A DNA stretch of 42,733 nt from Burkholderiaceae bacterium (lineage in GTDB: Bacteria > Pseudomonadota > Gammaproteobacteria > Burkholderiales > Burkholderiaceae): positions 1 to 42,733 of the forward strand of contig JBEIOY010000001.1 of NCBI GenBank assembly GCA_040377355.1. The letters run 5' to 3'. This document shows, in pieces, positions 19,752-31,507 of the stretch. The first letter of the stretch is position 1. The number at the start of each line of letters is the position of its first letter. The translations under genes were made by a program, and so were the position numbers. The notes under the pieces were generated by a model. The model made no database searches. It was not told where the DNA came from and saw nothing but the letters and a program-made list of their open reading frames with translations.

Positions 19752-20372
19752 ATGTACACAATTCTGATAGCCGCCGGCTGGCCAGTTTGGCCTTTATTGA
19801 TCACGTCCATCCTCGCCTTGGCGATTCTTTTGGAAAGAATTTGGTTTTTACAGGCCAAGCGAATCGCACCGCCCCAGCTATTGGAGGGTGCGATCCAATT
19901 ATCTAGTTCTGGAGCTCTCAAACAGCCCAAAACCGCTCAGGATGCAACAAAGGCATTATCAGATGCTGCGCCCCTTGGACAAATTTTGGCGGCAGCCTTA
20001 GTAGAAAAAGCAAACGGTGGCTCGGAAGAAAAAATCATTGCAGCAATGCAAGATGCTGCTGAGTCAGTCACTATTTTATTGGAGCGCTATTTAGGCGCCT
20101 TAGCGACGATTGCCACCATTGCACCTTTGTTGGGTTTGTTTGGCACGGTTGTTGGCATGATTGAAATTTTTGGTAGCCAGCAAGGTGTTGGTGCTAATCC
20201 TCAACAATTGGCTAACGGCATTTCAATTGCTTTGTACAACACTGCTTTTGGCTTATTGATTGCTATTCCTGCTTATGCAGGTTGGAGAAGTCTCAAAGCA
20301 ATGGCTGAGAAACGCCAACGTGAGTGTGATTTAGCTGCAAAAAAATTACTCGCCCACTTAAATAGTATTTGA
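19752..20372 (+). CDS. MotA/TolQ/ExbB proton channel family protein
   Basis: AGWP.WPLL, IAPLLGLFGTVVGMI..F, GIS.ALYNTAFGL. Confidence 0.93.
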   Translation: MYTILIAAGWPVWPLLITSILALAILLERIWFLQAKRIAPPQLLEGAIQLSSSGALKQPKTAQDATKALSDAAPLGQILAAALVEKANGGSEEKIIAAMQDAAESVTILLERYLGALATIATIAPLLGLFGTVVGMIEIFGSQQGVGANPQQLANGISIALYNTAFGLLIAIPAYAGWRSLKAMAEKRQRECDLAAKKLLAHLNSI

Positions 20373-20382
20373 TTGAGCCGCC

Positions 20383-20844
20383 ATGCTTTTTCGTCAAAAT
20401 AATCGCAGTCTTTTCTCCTCAGGAAACTCAAGCGCCCCTAACAGTCAACAACAAGCACCCGAAATCAACTTAATTGCTTTCATCGATGTTCTATTGGTGA
20501 TTTTGATCTTCTTGATGATTTCTACAACCTTCACACGCTATCAAGAATTATCAATCACCCTCCCAGCTGCTGAAGGAGCTGCGTCAAAAAGCAAGCCAAA
20601 AGATATTTCCGTTGCCATCTCCTCAGATGGTCGCGTAGCCATTGATGGCAAACGAGTAGCGATTGAACAATTGACTCAAAGCTTGAGTCAATCAGCAAAA
20701 AACACTGGCGGCGATAATGGTCCAGTGGTCATCATTGCTGCTGATGGTAAAGCGCCTCATCAAGCCGTCATGCAAGTGATGGAAGCTGCGCGTAATGCAA
20801 ATTTACCCAATATTGTTTTTGCTACTCAATCAAAATCAAAGTAG
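20383..20844 (+). CDS. ExbD/TolR family protein
   Basis: EINLIAFIDVLLVILIFLM, I.AD..A.HQ.V..VM. Confidence 0.93.
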   Translation: MLFRQNNRSLFSSGNSSAPNSQQQAPEINLIAFIDVLLVILIFLMISTTFTRYQELSITLPAAEGAASKSKPKDISVAISSDGRVAIDGKRVAIEQLTQSLSQSAKNTGGDNGPVVIIAADGKAPHQAVMQVMEAARNANLPNIVFATQSKSK

Positions 20845-20854
20845 CAATGGCATC

Positions 20855-21982
20855 ATGAGCCAACAAAAAATCACTCAAAAAACACAACATCTACAAGCTC
20901 CAGTCTTTTGGGAAAAAAGAGGTTCAAAAGCTCTATTGCTGTGGCCTGTATCGCTCGTTTTTGGCTGGCTCACAAGTCTTAGAAAAGCTCTGTATGCCAC
21001 AGGCATACTCAGAAGCCAATCCATCTCTGTGCCACTTGTGATTGTTGGAAATATTCGCGTGGGTGGTACTGGTAAAACCCCAACCGTTTTAGCGATCGCA
21101 AAAGCTTTGCACGCTCATGGTTTTAAGCCGGGAATTATTTCGCGCGGCTACCAAAGTAATTCATCGAACGCCAAGTCAGATCCAAAAGAAGTCGCCCCAG
21201 AATCATTATCAAGCGAACATGGTGATGAGCCTTGCTATATGGCCCAACAATTGGCCCATCAAAAAACCCCCGTGATGGTTCATGGCAACCGCGTCAATGC
21301 AGCAAAAGCATTGCTGATCAAACATCCTGACGTGAATGTGATCATCAGCGATGATGGACTTCAGCATTACAAACTCAAACGCTGGCCTGCCCGAGAAGGC
21401 GGCAGAGATATTGAACTGGTGATACGCGATGACAGAGGGGAAGGTAATCAATGGTTGATGCCTGCAGGGCCTCTTCGAGAAAACTCCCATCGACCGCGCG
21501 ACTTCACTTTGAACATTGTTGGCACTGATGCCACAACAAGTAAAGCTTTGTCGCCATACTTTCAGGATGCTCCTAATTTTGCAGTGCCCGTTAAAACAGA
21601 TCAACTGTATCAACTCACAGCACCAAGTCGTCGGATGGACTTGAATGACGTCACTCAATTGCTCGATTTGAATGAAGACCCTGAGAAACAGTTGTTAGCT
21701 GCAGCAGGTTTGGGCAACCCCAAGAAATTCTTTGATTTACTTAGGTCTAATGGCTTGAAGTTTCAGGAAATGGCACTCCCAGATCATTTTGACTTTTCCA
21801 CCAATCCATTCAAAGAAAATACTGCAAAAGTGATACTCATCACCGAGAAGGATGCCGTAAAATGCAAACAACTCAACGACTATAAGGATGATGAGCGTAT
21901 CTGGATTTTGCCCATAACGGTAGATTTGCCAAATGACCTTGTTGTGCAAATGGTTGAGATTTTAAAAAGGCCTAAACCTTGA
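20855..21982 (+). CDS. lpxK: Tetraacyldisaccharide 4'-kinase
   Basis: VGNIRVGGTGKTP, SRGY, GDEP, DDGLQH, PAGPLRE, TEKDAVK; start set at ATG 20855. Confidence 0.96.
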   Translation: MSQQKITQKTQHLQAPVFWEKRGSKALLLWPVSLVFGWLTSLRKALYATGILRSQSISVPLVIVGNIRVGGTGKTPTVLAIAKALHAHGFKPGIISRGYQSNSSNAKSDPKEVAPESLSSEHGDEPCYMAQQLAHQKTPVMVHGNRVNAAKALLIKHPDVNVIISDDGLQHYKLKRWPAREGGRDIELVIRDDRGEGNQWLMPAGPLRENSHRPRDFTLNIVGTDATTSKALSPYFQDAPNFAVPVKTDQLYQLTAPSRRMDLNDVTQLLDLNEDPEKQLLAAAGLGNPKKFFDLLRSNGLKFQEMALPDHFDFSTNPFKENTAKVILITEKDAVKCKQLNDYKDDERIWILPITVDLPNDLVVQMVEILKRPKP

Positions 21983-22058
21983 TCCAAAGATTTTGGTTTA
22001 AGCTAAATTCAAAACCCTACTTGTTAAGATGATCCAACCACTCACTTGCTGACACATC

Positions 22059-22232
22059 ATGGATAAACGTTTACTTGATATTTTGGTCTGCCCAATTTGC
22101 AAATCTCCTTTACATCACGATGCGAAGACAAATGAATTGATTTGCAAAGCTGATCAATTAGCTTTTCCAATTCGCGACGACATCCCAGTTATGCTGGTGA
22201 GTGAAGCGCGTGAACTGAACGCCTCTAAATAA
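22059..22232 (+). CDS. Trm112-like protein (YcaR/UPF0434), not in the supplied ORF track
   Basis: 57 aa [18 protein letters not shown]...[16 protein letters not shown], in its usual position between lpxK and kdsB. Confidence 0.95.
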   Translation: MDKRLLDILVCPICKSPLHHDAKTNELICKADQLAFPIRDDIPVMLVSEARELNASK

Positions 22233-22253
22233 GGCTTGGTAAAGCAAAATTCA

Positions 22254-23015
22254 ATGAAGCCTAATATCCCATTCTTGGTTATTATTCCTGCACGCTTAGC
22301 TTCGACTCGCTTACCCAATAAACCATTGGCTGATATTGCTGGCAAACCGATGGTGGTCAGAGTAGCAGAGCGTGCATTGATGTCCGGGGCCTCGCGCGTA
22401 GTGATCGCAGTCGACGATCAAAGTATTTTTGATGCTTGTAAGGCGCACGGCCTAGATGTGATGCTCACCAGCAAAGATCACCCAACGGGTACAGATCGAT
22501 TGAGCGAAGTTGTTAAAAAACTCAATTTGCAAGATGATGAAATCGTTGTCAATGTACAAGGGGATGAACCCTTAATACCTCCTGACTTGATCACCGATGT
22601 TGCAAAAACGCTGTCGCAACACCCTCAGGCATCGATTGCAACCACAGCATTAGCCATCCATGACTCTGCCGAAATCAACAATCCCAATGTGGTTAAAGTG
22701 GTCATGAACCAGTCTCATCAGGCACTTTATTTTTCACGCTCTGCTATCCCATTTAGTCGCAATCCTGAGCAATACCAAGCTCAGTGTTATCGACATATCG
22801 GGATGTACGCCTATCGAGCCAGTTTTTTGAAAAAATTCTCACAACTCCCACCAGCGCCTATTGAAGAGGCGGAGGCCCTTGAGCAGTTAAGAGCTTTGTG
22901 GCATGGCCACGCCATTCAAGTTTTACTGACGGATGAGGCCCCGCCCCCAGGCGTAGACACAACTGAGGATTTAGAGCGAGTTCGCCAAGTTTTCGCTAGC
23001 CTGGGTAAGTCCTAG
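22254..23015 (+). CDS. kdsB: 3-deoxy-manno-octulosonate cytidylyltransferase
   Basis: [44 protein letters not shown]. Confidence 0.97.
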   Translation: MKPNIPFLVIIPARLASTRLPNKPLADIAGKPMVVRVAERALMSGASRVVIAVDDQSIFDACKAHGLDVMLTSKDHPTGTDRLSEVVKKLNLQDDEIVVNVQGDEPLIPPDLITDVAKTLSQHPQASIATTALAIHDSAEINNPNVVKVVMNQSHQALYFSRSAIPFSRNPEQYQAQCYRHIGMYAYRASFLKKFSQLPPAPIEEAEALEQLRALWHGHAIQVLLTDEAPPPGVDTTEDLERVRQVFASLGKS

Positions 23016-23068
23016 GTTCAAAAATTAGCCTTCAGGGATAAATAATGGGAAAATCTACTAGTAACTAG

Positions 23069-23824
<756 letters not shown>

Positions 23825-23840
23825 ATCAAAAAGCCTTAAT

Positions 23841-23878
23841 AAAAAAAGCCGGTGAAGCATTCGCTTGACCGGCTTTTT
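23841..23878. terminator. Bidirectional intrinsic terminator
   Basis: AAAAAAAGCCGGT-GAAGCATTCGCTTG-ACCGGCTTTTT between convergent adk and queC. Confidence 0.85.
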
Positions 23879-23900
23879 ACTTTTTACTTTTTACTTTTTA
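23873..23900. repeat. (CTTTTTA) tandem repeat, four copies
   Basis: Perfect 7-bp unit extending the terminator T tract. Confidence 0.85.
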
Positions 23901-23925
23901 TCTTTGCACTCTACTTTCTAAACCT

Positions 23926-24654
23926 TCACAAGTAGTGAGTGGGATCAGGAATGCCTAATACTTTAAAGCCTTCTTTCCGAAGGCGACATGATTCACATTG
24001 ACCGCAAGCCAAACCTTCTGAGTTGGCCTGATAGCAAGACACCGTTTGAGAAAAATCTACGCCCAGTGACATGCCTGCCTGAATGATTTGAGCCTTGCTC
24101 ATCTGAATGATTGGGGCATGAACCCTAAAACTCGTTGATTGCTGATGAGACTCTACGCCTACCTTGGTAGCCAAATTAGCCATAACCTCAAAAGACTTCA
24201 CATAATCAGGACGACAATCTGGGTAGCCAGAGTAATCAACTGCATTAGCGCCAAAGAAAATATCCAAACCACCCAGTGCTTCAGCCCACCCCAAGGCCAC
24301 TGAGAGCATGATGGTGTTACGCGCGGGAACATAGGTAATCGGAATTTCATTGCTAGCGGTCGGGCTGGTTGGAACATCATAGGCATCATCTGTTAAAGCA
24401 GAGCCGCCCACAAAGCGACGCAAATCTAAATCAATGATTTGATGCTCAGTCGCACCCAAAGACTTTGCCACTTTTGTTGCTGCGTCTAACTCAGAAGAGT
24501 GCCTCTGCCCATAGCGGAAAGAGAGTGCATAAACAGCGTAACCCAGTTTTTTTGCAATAGCTAAAACAGTTGCCGAATCCAAACCACCGGATAAAAGAAC
24601 AACAGCCGGGGCATCTGGCTTTCTGGCACGCATCGCCTCAAAATTAACAGACAT
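23926..24654 (-). CDS. queC: 7-cyano-7-deazaguanine synthase
   Basis: SGGLDS, YGQRH, TYVPARN, YPDCRP, SCY...CGQCESC.LR. Confidence 0.97.
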   Translation of the reverse strand: MSVNFEAMRARKPDAPAVVLLSGGLDSATVLAIAKKLGYAVYALSFRYGQRHSSELDAATKVAKSLGATEHQIIDLDLRRFVGGSALTDDAYDVPTSPTASNEIPITYVPARNTIMLSVALGWAEALGGLDIFFGANAVDYSGYPDCRPDYVKSFEVMANLATKVGVESHQQSTSFRVHAPIIQMSKAQIIQAGMSLGVDFSQTVSCYQANSEGLACGQCESCRLRKEGFKVLGIPDPTHYL

Positions 24655-24666
24655 ACTGACCCTTGA

Positions 24667-25416
24667 TCACTTCAAGCGTTTGAGCGCCTGCTTAGCCAAG
24701 TCAGCCGCCTCAGTATCTGAATGCTTAGCGATTAAATTTTCTAAAGTTTTTTTACCTGCAGGCTTTTGACCCGCCTCAATCTGACTATTGGCTAAGGTTA
24801 ATAGTGCGTCAGGCACGCGTCCATGCAAAGGGTAACGTTTCACCATTGTTTGGAGTGTTGTGATCGCTGACTTGTAATCTTTTTGAGCATACTCAGAATT
24901 GCCTAGCCAAAACTGAGCCAATGGCCAGTAAGGGCTGTTAGGATATTTTTTAACAAACGCCTGAAAACTCGTATCAGCTCTCTTCAAATTACCATCCTGA
25001 AAAGCTTTCAATGCAGCTTCATAGGCTTCTTTTTCACCAGGCTGAACACTGCCCTGAACACCCTCAATCTCCATCACTTGAGGTTCCAGTTTTTTCATCC
25101 GGTCATTCAAATCTTGATAAAAAGTTTTCTGCTGCGCAGTTAACTCTTCAACCTGCTTTTCTAGCACCTCTGAACGGCCTCGTAATTTAGCTGTCTCTTG
25201 ATTAAGCTCGTCAAGGCGACCTTGAAGCTCAACTTGCGCCTTTTGACTGGAACTTAGCTGATCACGCAAATCTAAAATTGCCCGTCTCGCTTCACCATCT
25301 TCCAAGAAAGCATGGCTAGATGGGGATACAAAAGATAAACCAACAAAAACAACAGCGGCCAAAGCCGCTGTTGAATGTTGCAGAAAACTAAAGCACTTTG
25401 ATTGCTGCATGAGCAT
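24667..25416 (-). CDS. cpoB: Tol-Pal associated TPR protein CpoB/YbgF
   Basis: Signal peptide, D.EARRAILDLR coiled coil, TPR repeats; follows pal. Confidence 0.93.
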   Translation of the reverse strand: MLMQQSKCFSFLQHSTAALAAVVFVGLSFVSPSSHAFLEDGEARRAILDLRDQLSSSQKAQVELQGRLDELNQETAKLRGRSEVLEKQVEELTAQQKTFYQDLNDRMKKLEPQVMEIEGVQGSVQPGEKEAYEAALKAFQDGNLKRADTSFQAFVKKYPNSPYWPLAQFWLGNSEYAQKDYKSAITTLQTMVKRYPLHGRVPDALLTLANSQIEAGQKPAGKKTLENLIAKHSDTEAADLAKQALKRLK

Positions 25417-25442
25417 TCTTTTCTTAAATCAATTTAAGTCAA

Positions 25443-25928
25443 TTAATAAGCGATGTCAGCACGGCGATTTTCTTGCCAAGCTGCCTCAGTGCTACCCTGT
25501 GCTTTTGGCTTTTCTTTACCAAAGCTCACTGCTTCCATCTGTGAATCAGGTACACCTAACAATGACAATGATTTACGCACAGCCTCTGAACGACGCTGAC
25601 CTAATGCCAAATTGTATTCAGTTGTGCCACGCTCATCTGTGTTGCCTTCAATTTTGATCTTGCGATCTTTGTTGGCTTTTAAGTAATTAGCATGGGCTTG
25701 CAATGTTGCCTGGTACTCAGATTTAACAGCATAGCTATCAAAATCAAAATAAACGCTGCGCTTAAACAATGGGCTCTTAGGGTCATTCCATGGCTGTGAG
25801 CTGTAATCAGTACCACCTGAACCACCTTTACCAGCAACGTCATCTAACTTAACGCCCGATGCGCAAGCCGTTAATAAAGCCACTGACAACAACAATGTTG
25901 CGCGACGAGCAATTGAAAATTCTTTCAT
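25443..25928 (-). CDS. pal: Peptidoglycan-associated lipoprotein
   Basis: LTAC lipobox, YFDFD, EGNTDERGT.EYNLALGQRR, ENRR; GGAG before ATG 25928. Confidence 0.97.
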   Translation of the reverse strand: MKEFSIARRATLLLSVALLTACASGVKLDDVAGKGGSGGTDYSSQPWNDPKSPLFKRSVYFDFDSYAVKSEYQATLQAHANYLKANKDRKIKIEGNTDERGTTEYNLALGQRRSEAVRKSLSLLGVPDSQMEAVSFGKEKPKAQGSTEAAWQENRRADIAY

Positions 25929-26065
25929 GATTTTCTCCAATATGAATATTTATGAGTCTGTGTGTATTTACGTTTTATTAGTTAATTTTCATTAAAAAGG
26001 GTTTAATTCAATGAATTAAGTCCTATAGTACCAAATTAAGATGAAAACATTGCTTTTTTGGAAAA

Positions 26066-27352
26066 CTAGTCCATAAATGGGCCCCAAGCAGGCTCACGAA
26101 TATCCGCACCCGGCAAACTCAAAGTTTGTTTGTTTTTACCGTCGATAGAGACAGCCATCAGCACTGGTTTACCTGCTGAACGAGTGGCGTAAAGAATGTA
26201 TCGTCCATTGGCGGCAAAGGTGGGGGTTTCATCTCTGGTGCCATCACTTAAAGCGGTGACCTCCCCAGTTGTTAAATCTTGAAGGTGCAAGCGATAGGCT
26301 CCAGAGACACGAGCAATGTAAGCTAAATTTTTACCATCTGGTGATAAGCGCGGGCTTGTCACAAAAGAATGTTTAAAGGTCACTCGCTGTGCGGCGGCAG
26401 CCGCTTCGCCAGCGGTCGACATTCTGTAAATTTGCGGACTCCCTCCGCGATCACTCGTGAAATAAATAGAATTACCATCCGGTGACCACTGTGGCTCGGT
26501 GTCAATTGATGATCCCCTGGTCAAACGCTGTAGACCAGTGCCATTGGCATTGATTTTATAAACCTGGGTATTGCCATCTCTTGATAAGGCCATGGCTAAT
26601 TGACTGCCATCCATGGACCAAGAAGGCGCACTGTTATTGCCTTTTTGATTAGAAAGAATGGTGCGGCGCCCCGTTGCTAGCTCGTGAACGTAAATCACTG
26701 GCTTGCGTGACTCAAACGAAACATAAGCGACTTTTTTACCGTCTGGGGACCAGTTGGGTGAGATGATTGGTTCATTGCTTGCGAGCGCAGGCTTGGCGTT
26801 TTCACCGTCAGAGTCAGAAATTACCAAACGATGACTCTTACCAGAACGAATCACATAAGATAAGCGCGTTGAAAAAATACCACGCTCACCCAAAATCTTT
26901 TGAATGATGTCATCAGCAATCTTATGTCCTGCCAAGCGCAAATCCTCAACGCCAACCGTGACAACCAAACCACCCAAGCTTTCGCCTTTGCGAATATCAA
27001 ATAAACGATAACGAATTTCAAAGCGACCGTCTGATAATTTGGTGACATTACCGACTGCCAAGGCATCAGCACCTCGGGCCGACCATGATTTATAGTCAGG
27101 GCTGATATCCCACCCAAGCTCAGCAGAGCTGCTCTCGACATTCCGAATCACTCCACTACGAGTCAAATTAGAACGAACCACATCGGTGACTTTGACAGGT
27201 AGTTGATTTTCGCCAACAAAGCGCATCACAGCCACCGGAAACAGTGACTGACCCACACCCGTGATTTCAATATTCATTTGCGCCTTGACGCCCAATGAAA
27301 ATGTCATCAAAGCGAATATCATCAAAAAGGACTTAATCAGAGTTGCTTTCAT
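26066..27352 (-). CDS. tolB: Tol-Pal beta-propeller protein
   Basis: Signal peptide, repeated P.WSPDG blades, C-terminal EPAWGP. Confidence 0.96.
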   Translation of the reverse strand: MKATLIKSFLMIFALMTFSLGVKAQMNIEITGVGQSLFPVAVMRFVGENQLPVKVTDVVRSNLTRSGVIRNVESSSAELGWDISPDYKSWSARGADALAVGNVTKLSDGRFEIRYRLFDIRKGESLGGLVVTVGVEDLRLAGHKIADDIIQKILGERGIFSTRLSYVIRSGKSHRLVISDSDGENAKPALASNEPIISPNWSPDGKKVAYVSFESRKPVIYVHELATGRRTILSNQKGNNSAPSWSMDGSQLAMALSRDGNTQVYKINANGTGLQRLTRGSSIDTEPQWSPDGNSIYFTSDRGGSPQIYRMSTAGEAAAAAQRVTFKHSFVTSPRLSPDGKNLAYIARVSGAYRLHLQDLTTGEVTALSDGTRDETPTFAANGRYILYATRSAGKPVLMAVSIDGKNKQTLSLPGADIREPAWGPFMD

Positions 27353-27380
27353 CTTTGGATCACCAATCTCATCAATCAAC

Positions 27381-28202
27381 TTAATCTTTAGGTTTAAAGG
27401 TCAAACGTATTTGTTTAGGCGCTTTGCCATCATCATCCTTAGGTAAAGTCTCGGCATCATCAATCGCTCTTAATACCGCGCGATCCCATGCAGCATCACC
27501 GCTGCTTTTTAAAACTTTCCTATTCATGATTGTGCCATCAGGCGCTAACTCTACACCAACCTCAACAGCCGGATTACCAGCCACCAAAGATGGGTTGAAC
27601 ACAATCAAAGGTAGTATTTTTTTGCGCACCTTGTCTGCATAACCAGGCTTGGCATTACCGCCACCGCCCACACCATCACCAACCACCCCTCCTCGACCGC
27701 CTGCAGCACCCTCTTTGCCCGCAGCCGATCTCAAACGAGCCAACTGATCAGAGCGTGATTTTTCTTGCGCCAAGGCCTCTTTGCGCTCGGCATCGGCTTT
27801 TGCCTTCGCCTTGGCTTCTTCTTGTTTTTGTTTGGTTAGTTTTTCTTGTTTAGCTTTTTGTTTTTGTAATTCTTTTGGATCAACTTTTTTAGCCGCCTTA
27901 ACCTCTTCCTTGGGCTCAGGTTTTTTTACTGCTTCTTTTTTCTTTTTCAAAGCAATATCCGCTTTTTCATCAGCATCAATCTTGGGGTCGATATTTACTG
28001 GGGCGCTTTTGATGATCGGAACGTTATCCCAAATCTCAGCCTCAAGACCAGCAGGAGTTTGACTTTTCCAACTCAAGCCAAAGGTTAAAAATCCGAACAA
28101 TAAAAGATGCATCCCCAAAGCCCATAAAAAAGCTTTGCCGGTTCCAGGTTCAGCCTGAATTCGGTTTTTAAGGGGATTGATTGGAAATGTTGCTGCGCTC
28201 AA
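27381..28202 (-). CDS. tolA: Cell envelope integrity protein TolA
   Basis: N-terminal TM helix containing His, Lys/Ala/Glu-rich stalk, C-terminal SSG...WD.AV.RAI domain. Confidence 0.9.
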   Translation of the reverse strand: MSAATFPINPLKNRIQAEPGTGKAFLWALGMHLLLFGFLTFGLSWKSQTPAGLEAEIWDNVPIIKSAPVNIDPKIDADEKADIALKKKKEAVKKPEPKEEVKAAKKVDPKELQKQKAKQEKLTKQKQEEAKAKAKADAERKEALAQEKSRSDQLARLRSAAGKEGAAGGRGGVVGDGVGGGGNAKPGYADKVRKKILPLIVFNPSLVAGNPAVEVGVELAPDGTIMNRKVLKSSGDAAWDRAVLRAIDDAETLPKDDDGKAPKQIRLTFKPKD

Positions 28203-28221
28203 TTCATCTCTCAGTGATGTC

Positions 28222-28644
28222 TCAATTGTTTTTAACTGCCAACCCCACGCGCTTGATACCGTTCTCCTTTAAGCGCGCCATCACATCCATCACAATCTCA
28301 TATTTAATGGATTTATCTGCAGCAATCACCATGGGTTGATCAGGTGCCAACTCTGCGCGCTCACGAGCAAACGCGCCAAGCTCAGCTCTGGTCACTGTTC
28401 TATCTGCTTTACCCTCACTCTTAATCAAAATAACTTCTTCAGCAGAAATATTGATCAACACAGGAGGTAATGGTTGTACTTGTGCGCCGCCCACCGTTGG
28501 CAAACTGACAATGCCAGGATTAACCATCGGTGTTGTGACCATGAAGATCACCAGCAACACCAACATCACATCAATGTATGGAACCACATTGATATCAGCC
28601 ATTGCGCGGCGACGTCTACCAGAATTTCTAGAGATACTAGCCAT
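28222..28644 (-). CDS. tolR: TolR
   Basis: INVVPYIDVMLVLLVIFMVT; tol operon position. Confidence 0.95.
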   Translation of the reverse strand: MASISRNSGRRRRAMADINVVPYIDVMLVLLVIFMVTTPMVNPGIVSLPTVGGAQVQPLPPVLINISAEEVILIKSEGKADRTVTRAELGAFARERAELAPDQPMVIAADKSIKYEIVMDVMARLKENGIKRVGLAVKNN

Positions 28645-28661
28645 GAATGAGCGATCTCCGA

Positions 28662-29318
28662 TTAACGAACTTGCTGTTGACGCTGCAAAATATTTGAAAA
28701 CTCTTCGATGAAAGTTTCAAAGCGAATGGATAAGCGATCAATGTCGGCAGCACTGCGGTTATAGGCCACCACTGCAGGAATCGCAGCAAACAAACCAATC
28801 GCAGTGGCTACCAGTGCTTCAGCAATACCAGGGGCAACACTGGCCAAAGTGGCTTGTTGCACATTGGCTAAACCTCGGAATGAGTTCATGATGCCCCACA
28901 CTGTTCCAAATAAACCAATGTAGGGCGATACAGAACCAACAGAAGCCAAGAAAGGTAAGTTTGCTTCCAAGGTATCCATTTCGCGTTGGTAAGCAGCTTT
29001 CATGGCGCGTCGCGCTCCATCAATCTCTTTACCTTTTAAAAACTCTTGCATACCGCTTTCAAAAATGCGCTCAAGGCAAGCTGATTGATCCTTGTTACGC
29101 ATAGCACCTTGTAGCAAAGTATTCAAATCACCACCCGACCAAAAGTCTCTCTCGAAACGCTCTGTGTCTTGACGAACCGCTTTAAGAGCCAATCCTTTTC
29201 TAAAGATAATTGTCCATGAGGCCACTGAAAGACCCACCAATAACAACATGACCAATTGCACCAAAATACTGGCATTCAGAATCAAGGACAGAATTGATAA
29301 ATCTTGAGTGGCTTGCAT
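28662..29318 (-). CDS. tolQ: TolQ
   Basis: SPYIGLFGTVWGIM, VAPGIAEAL.ATAIGLFAAIPAV. Confidence 0.96.
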   Translation of the reverse strand: MQATQDLSILSLILNASILVQLVMLLLVGLSVASWTIIFRKGLALKAVRQDTERFERDFWSGGDLNTLLQGAMRNKDQSACLERIFESGMQEFLKGKEIDGARRAMKAAYQREMDTLEANLPFLASVGSVSPYIGLFGTVWGIMNSFRGLANVQQATLASVAPGIAEALVATAIGLFAAIPAVVAYNRSAADIDRLSIRFETFIEEFSNILQRQQQVR

Positions 29319-29373
29319 AAGCGTTAATTTCCGTAGGGGTTGAGCGAAGTGTTAAGTGATTGTGATCTTTTAA

Positions 29374-30141
29374 TTATTTGCGATGAACGGCCAAAGGGCC
29401 AGAGGCTTGGCACGCTGGCATCATTTCAATGACGTTGATGTTCACATGCGCTGGCAATGTTGATGCCCAATAAACTGATTCAGCGATGTCAGTCGCAGTC
29501 AAAGCTTGCACGCCGTCATAGACTTTTGAGGCTTTTTCATCATCACCCTTGAAGCGCACGTTTGAAAACTCTGTGCCCGAACACAACCCTGGTGATACAT
29601 CCGTCACGCGCACAGGCGTTCCCAATAGATCAGATTTGAGGTTCAAACTGAATTGGCGTACAAATGCTTTGGTGCCACCGTAAACGTTGCCACCTGGATA
29701 TGGGTAGCGACCAGCAATAGAGCTCAAATTGAACACATGGCCAGCGCCACGCTCAACCATGCCTGGCAAAAAAGCGCGCGTCATGTACATCAAACCCTTG
29801 ATGTTGGTGTCAACCATCTGCTCCCAATCATTTAAATCAACTCGATGAGCTGGCTCTAAACCAAGAGCCAAACCAGCGTTATTCACTAAAACGTTGATAC
29901 CTGCAAATTCTTTGGGCAGTTTTGCTGGCAAAGCAAAAACCGCCTCTTTATTAGTCACATCCAAAATTTCAGTGTGTAAGCGGGCTTGCTGAGCCGCCGG
30001 TAAAGAGTTTTTTAGGGCCTCCAAGCGGTCTGCGCGGCGTCCTGCTGCCACCACTTGATGGCCTTCAGACAAATAACGCTTGGCGATTGCTTGGCCAAAG
30101 CCTGCAGTGGCGCCTGTCACTAATACTGTTAACTTAGTCAT
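29374..30141 (-). CDS. SDR oxidoreductase, YdfG-like NADP-dependent 3-hydroxy acid dehydrogenase
   Basis: TGATAGFG, NNAGLALG, YGGTK, TEFSNVRF, P.HVNIN. Confidence 0.9.
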   Translation of the reverse strand: MTKLTVLVTGATAGFGQAIAKRYLSEGHQVVAAGRRADRLEALKNSLPAAQQARLHTEILDVTNKEAVFALPAKLPKEFAGINVLVNNAGLALGLEPAHRVDLNDWEQMVDTNIKGLMYMTRAFLPGMVERGAGHVFNLSSIAGRYPYPGGNVYGGTKAFVRQFSLNLKSDLLGTPVRVTDVSPGLCSGTEFSNVRFKGDDEKASKVYDGVQALTATDIAESVYWASTLPAHVNINVIEMMPACQASGPLAVHRK

Positions 30142-30238
30142 TTTTGGTCTCCTTGCTGGTTTTTTTGTATCATTTAGGTCTGCAGAGTTTAGCGTATGCT
30201 AGCGACAAATTACTTGATCCTCATAGAAAGCCCTCATC

Positions 30239-31486
30239 ATGTTCCAACGCAGTCAAACATTGGCCAAAACTGATCCCGCATTGTGGGATGCCATCCAAGC
30301 TGAAAACAAGCGTCAAGAAGACCATATTGAACTGATTGCTTCAGAAAATTACACCTCTCCAGCGGTTTTAGAGGCTCAAGGCTCTCAATTAACCAATAAG
30401 TATGCTGAAGGCTACCCTGGCAAACGTTATTACGGTGGCTGTGAGTATGTCGACATCGCCGAACAATTGGCGATTGATCGTTTAAAACAGATTTATGGCG
30501 CTGAAGCAGCCAACGTTCAGCCTCACTGTGGCGCATCTGCCAACGAAGCGGTGTTTTTGGCTTTTTTGAAGCCCGGTGACACGATTCTAGGTATGAGCTT
30601 GGCCGAAGGTGGTCACTTGACTCACGGCATGGCTCTGAATATGAGCGGTAAATGGTTCAATGCCATTTCTTATGGCTTGAATGCCCGTGAAGAAATCGAC
30701 TACGACGCGATGGAGCGTTTGGCGCGTGAGCACAAACCAAAATTAATCATTGCCGGTGCATCGGCTTATTCATTACACATCGACTTTGAACGTTTTGCCA
30801 AAGTGGCTAAAGAAGTGGGTGCTATTTTCTTAGTTGATATGGCGCACTACTCTGGACTAATTGCTGCGGGCGTTTATCCAAACCCAGTACCTCACGCAGA
30901 CATCGTGACATCTACGACGCACAAGAGTTTGCGCGGTCCTCGTGGCGGCATCATTTTGATGAAAGCCGAGCACGAGAAAGCCATTAACTCAGCCATCTTC
31001 CCTGGCTTGCAAGGGGGTCCATTGATGCACGTGATTGCTGCTAAAGCGGTTGCTTTCAAAGAAGCTTTAGAGCCAAGCTTCAAAGACTACCAAAAGCAAG
31101 TGTTACTCAATGCAGATGCGATGGCTCAAACATTGATCAAGCGTGGTTTGCGCATTGTTTCATCAAGAACTCAATCGCACGTGATGTTGGTGGATCTTCG
31201 TGCCAAGAAAATTACTGGCAAAGAAGCTGAGCGTGTTTTGGGTGAAGCGCACATCACATGTAACAAAAATGCGATCCCTAACGATCCTGAGAAACCATTT
31301 GTAACAAGCGGTATTCGCTTGGGCTCACCAGCGATGACCACGCGCGGCTTTAAAGAAGCTGAAGCGATTCAAGTGGCTAACTGGATTGCGGATGTTTTAG
31401 ATAATCCTAACGACGCTGCCAATATTGCCAAAGTTCGTGAGCAGGTATCAGCTCTCACCAAACGTTTCCCTGTTTACAGCAACTGA
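30239..31486 (+). CDS. glyA: Serine hydroxymethyltransferase
   Basis: [40 protein letters not shown]. Confidence 0.98.
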   Translation: MFQRSQTLAKTDPALWDAIQAENKRQEDHIELIASENYTSPAVLEAQGSQLTNKYAEGYPGKRYYGGCEYVDIAEQLAIDRLKQIYGAEAANVQPHCGASANEAVFLAFLKPGDTILGMSLAEGGHLTHGMALNMSGKWFNAISYGLNAREEIDYDAMERLAREHKPKLIIAGASAYSLHIDFERFAKVAKEVGAIFLVDMAHYSGLIAAGVYPNPVPHADIVTSTTHKSLRGPRGGIILMKAEHEKAINSAIFPGLQGGPLMHVIAAKAVAFKEALEPSFKDYQKQVLLNADAMAQTLIKRGLRIVSSRTQSHVMLVDLRAKKITGKEAERVLGEAHITCNKNAIPNDPEKPFVTSGIRLGSPAMTTRGFKEAEAIQVANWIADVLDNPNDAANIAKVREQVSALTKRFPVYSN

Positions 31487-31507
31487 TCCAGGGAATAAAA
31501 GAAGCTC

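Noticed and set aside
19752-20844. ExbB/ExbD-like pair without TonB as a novel motor
   Set aside because: Its position upstream of lpxK-Trm112-kdsB is a familiar conserved arrangement in proteobacteria.
25941-26065. AT-rich gap between tolB and pal as a possible sRNA
   Set aside because: No terminator or stable structure seen; adequately explained as an internal pal promoter and leader.
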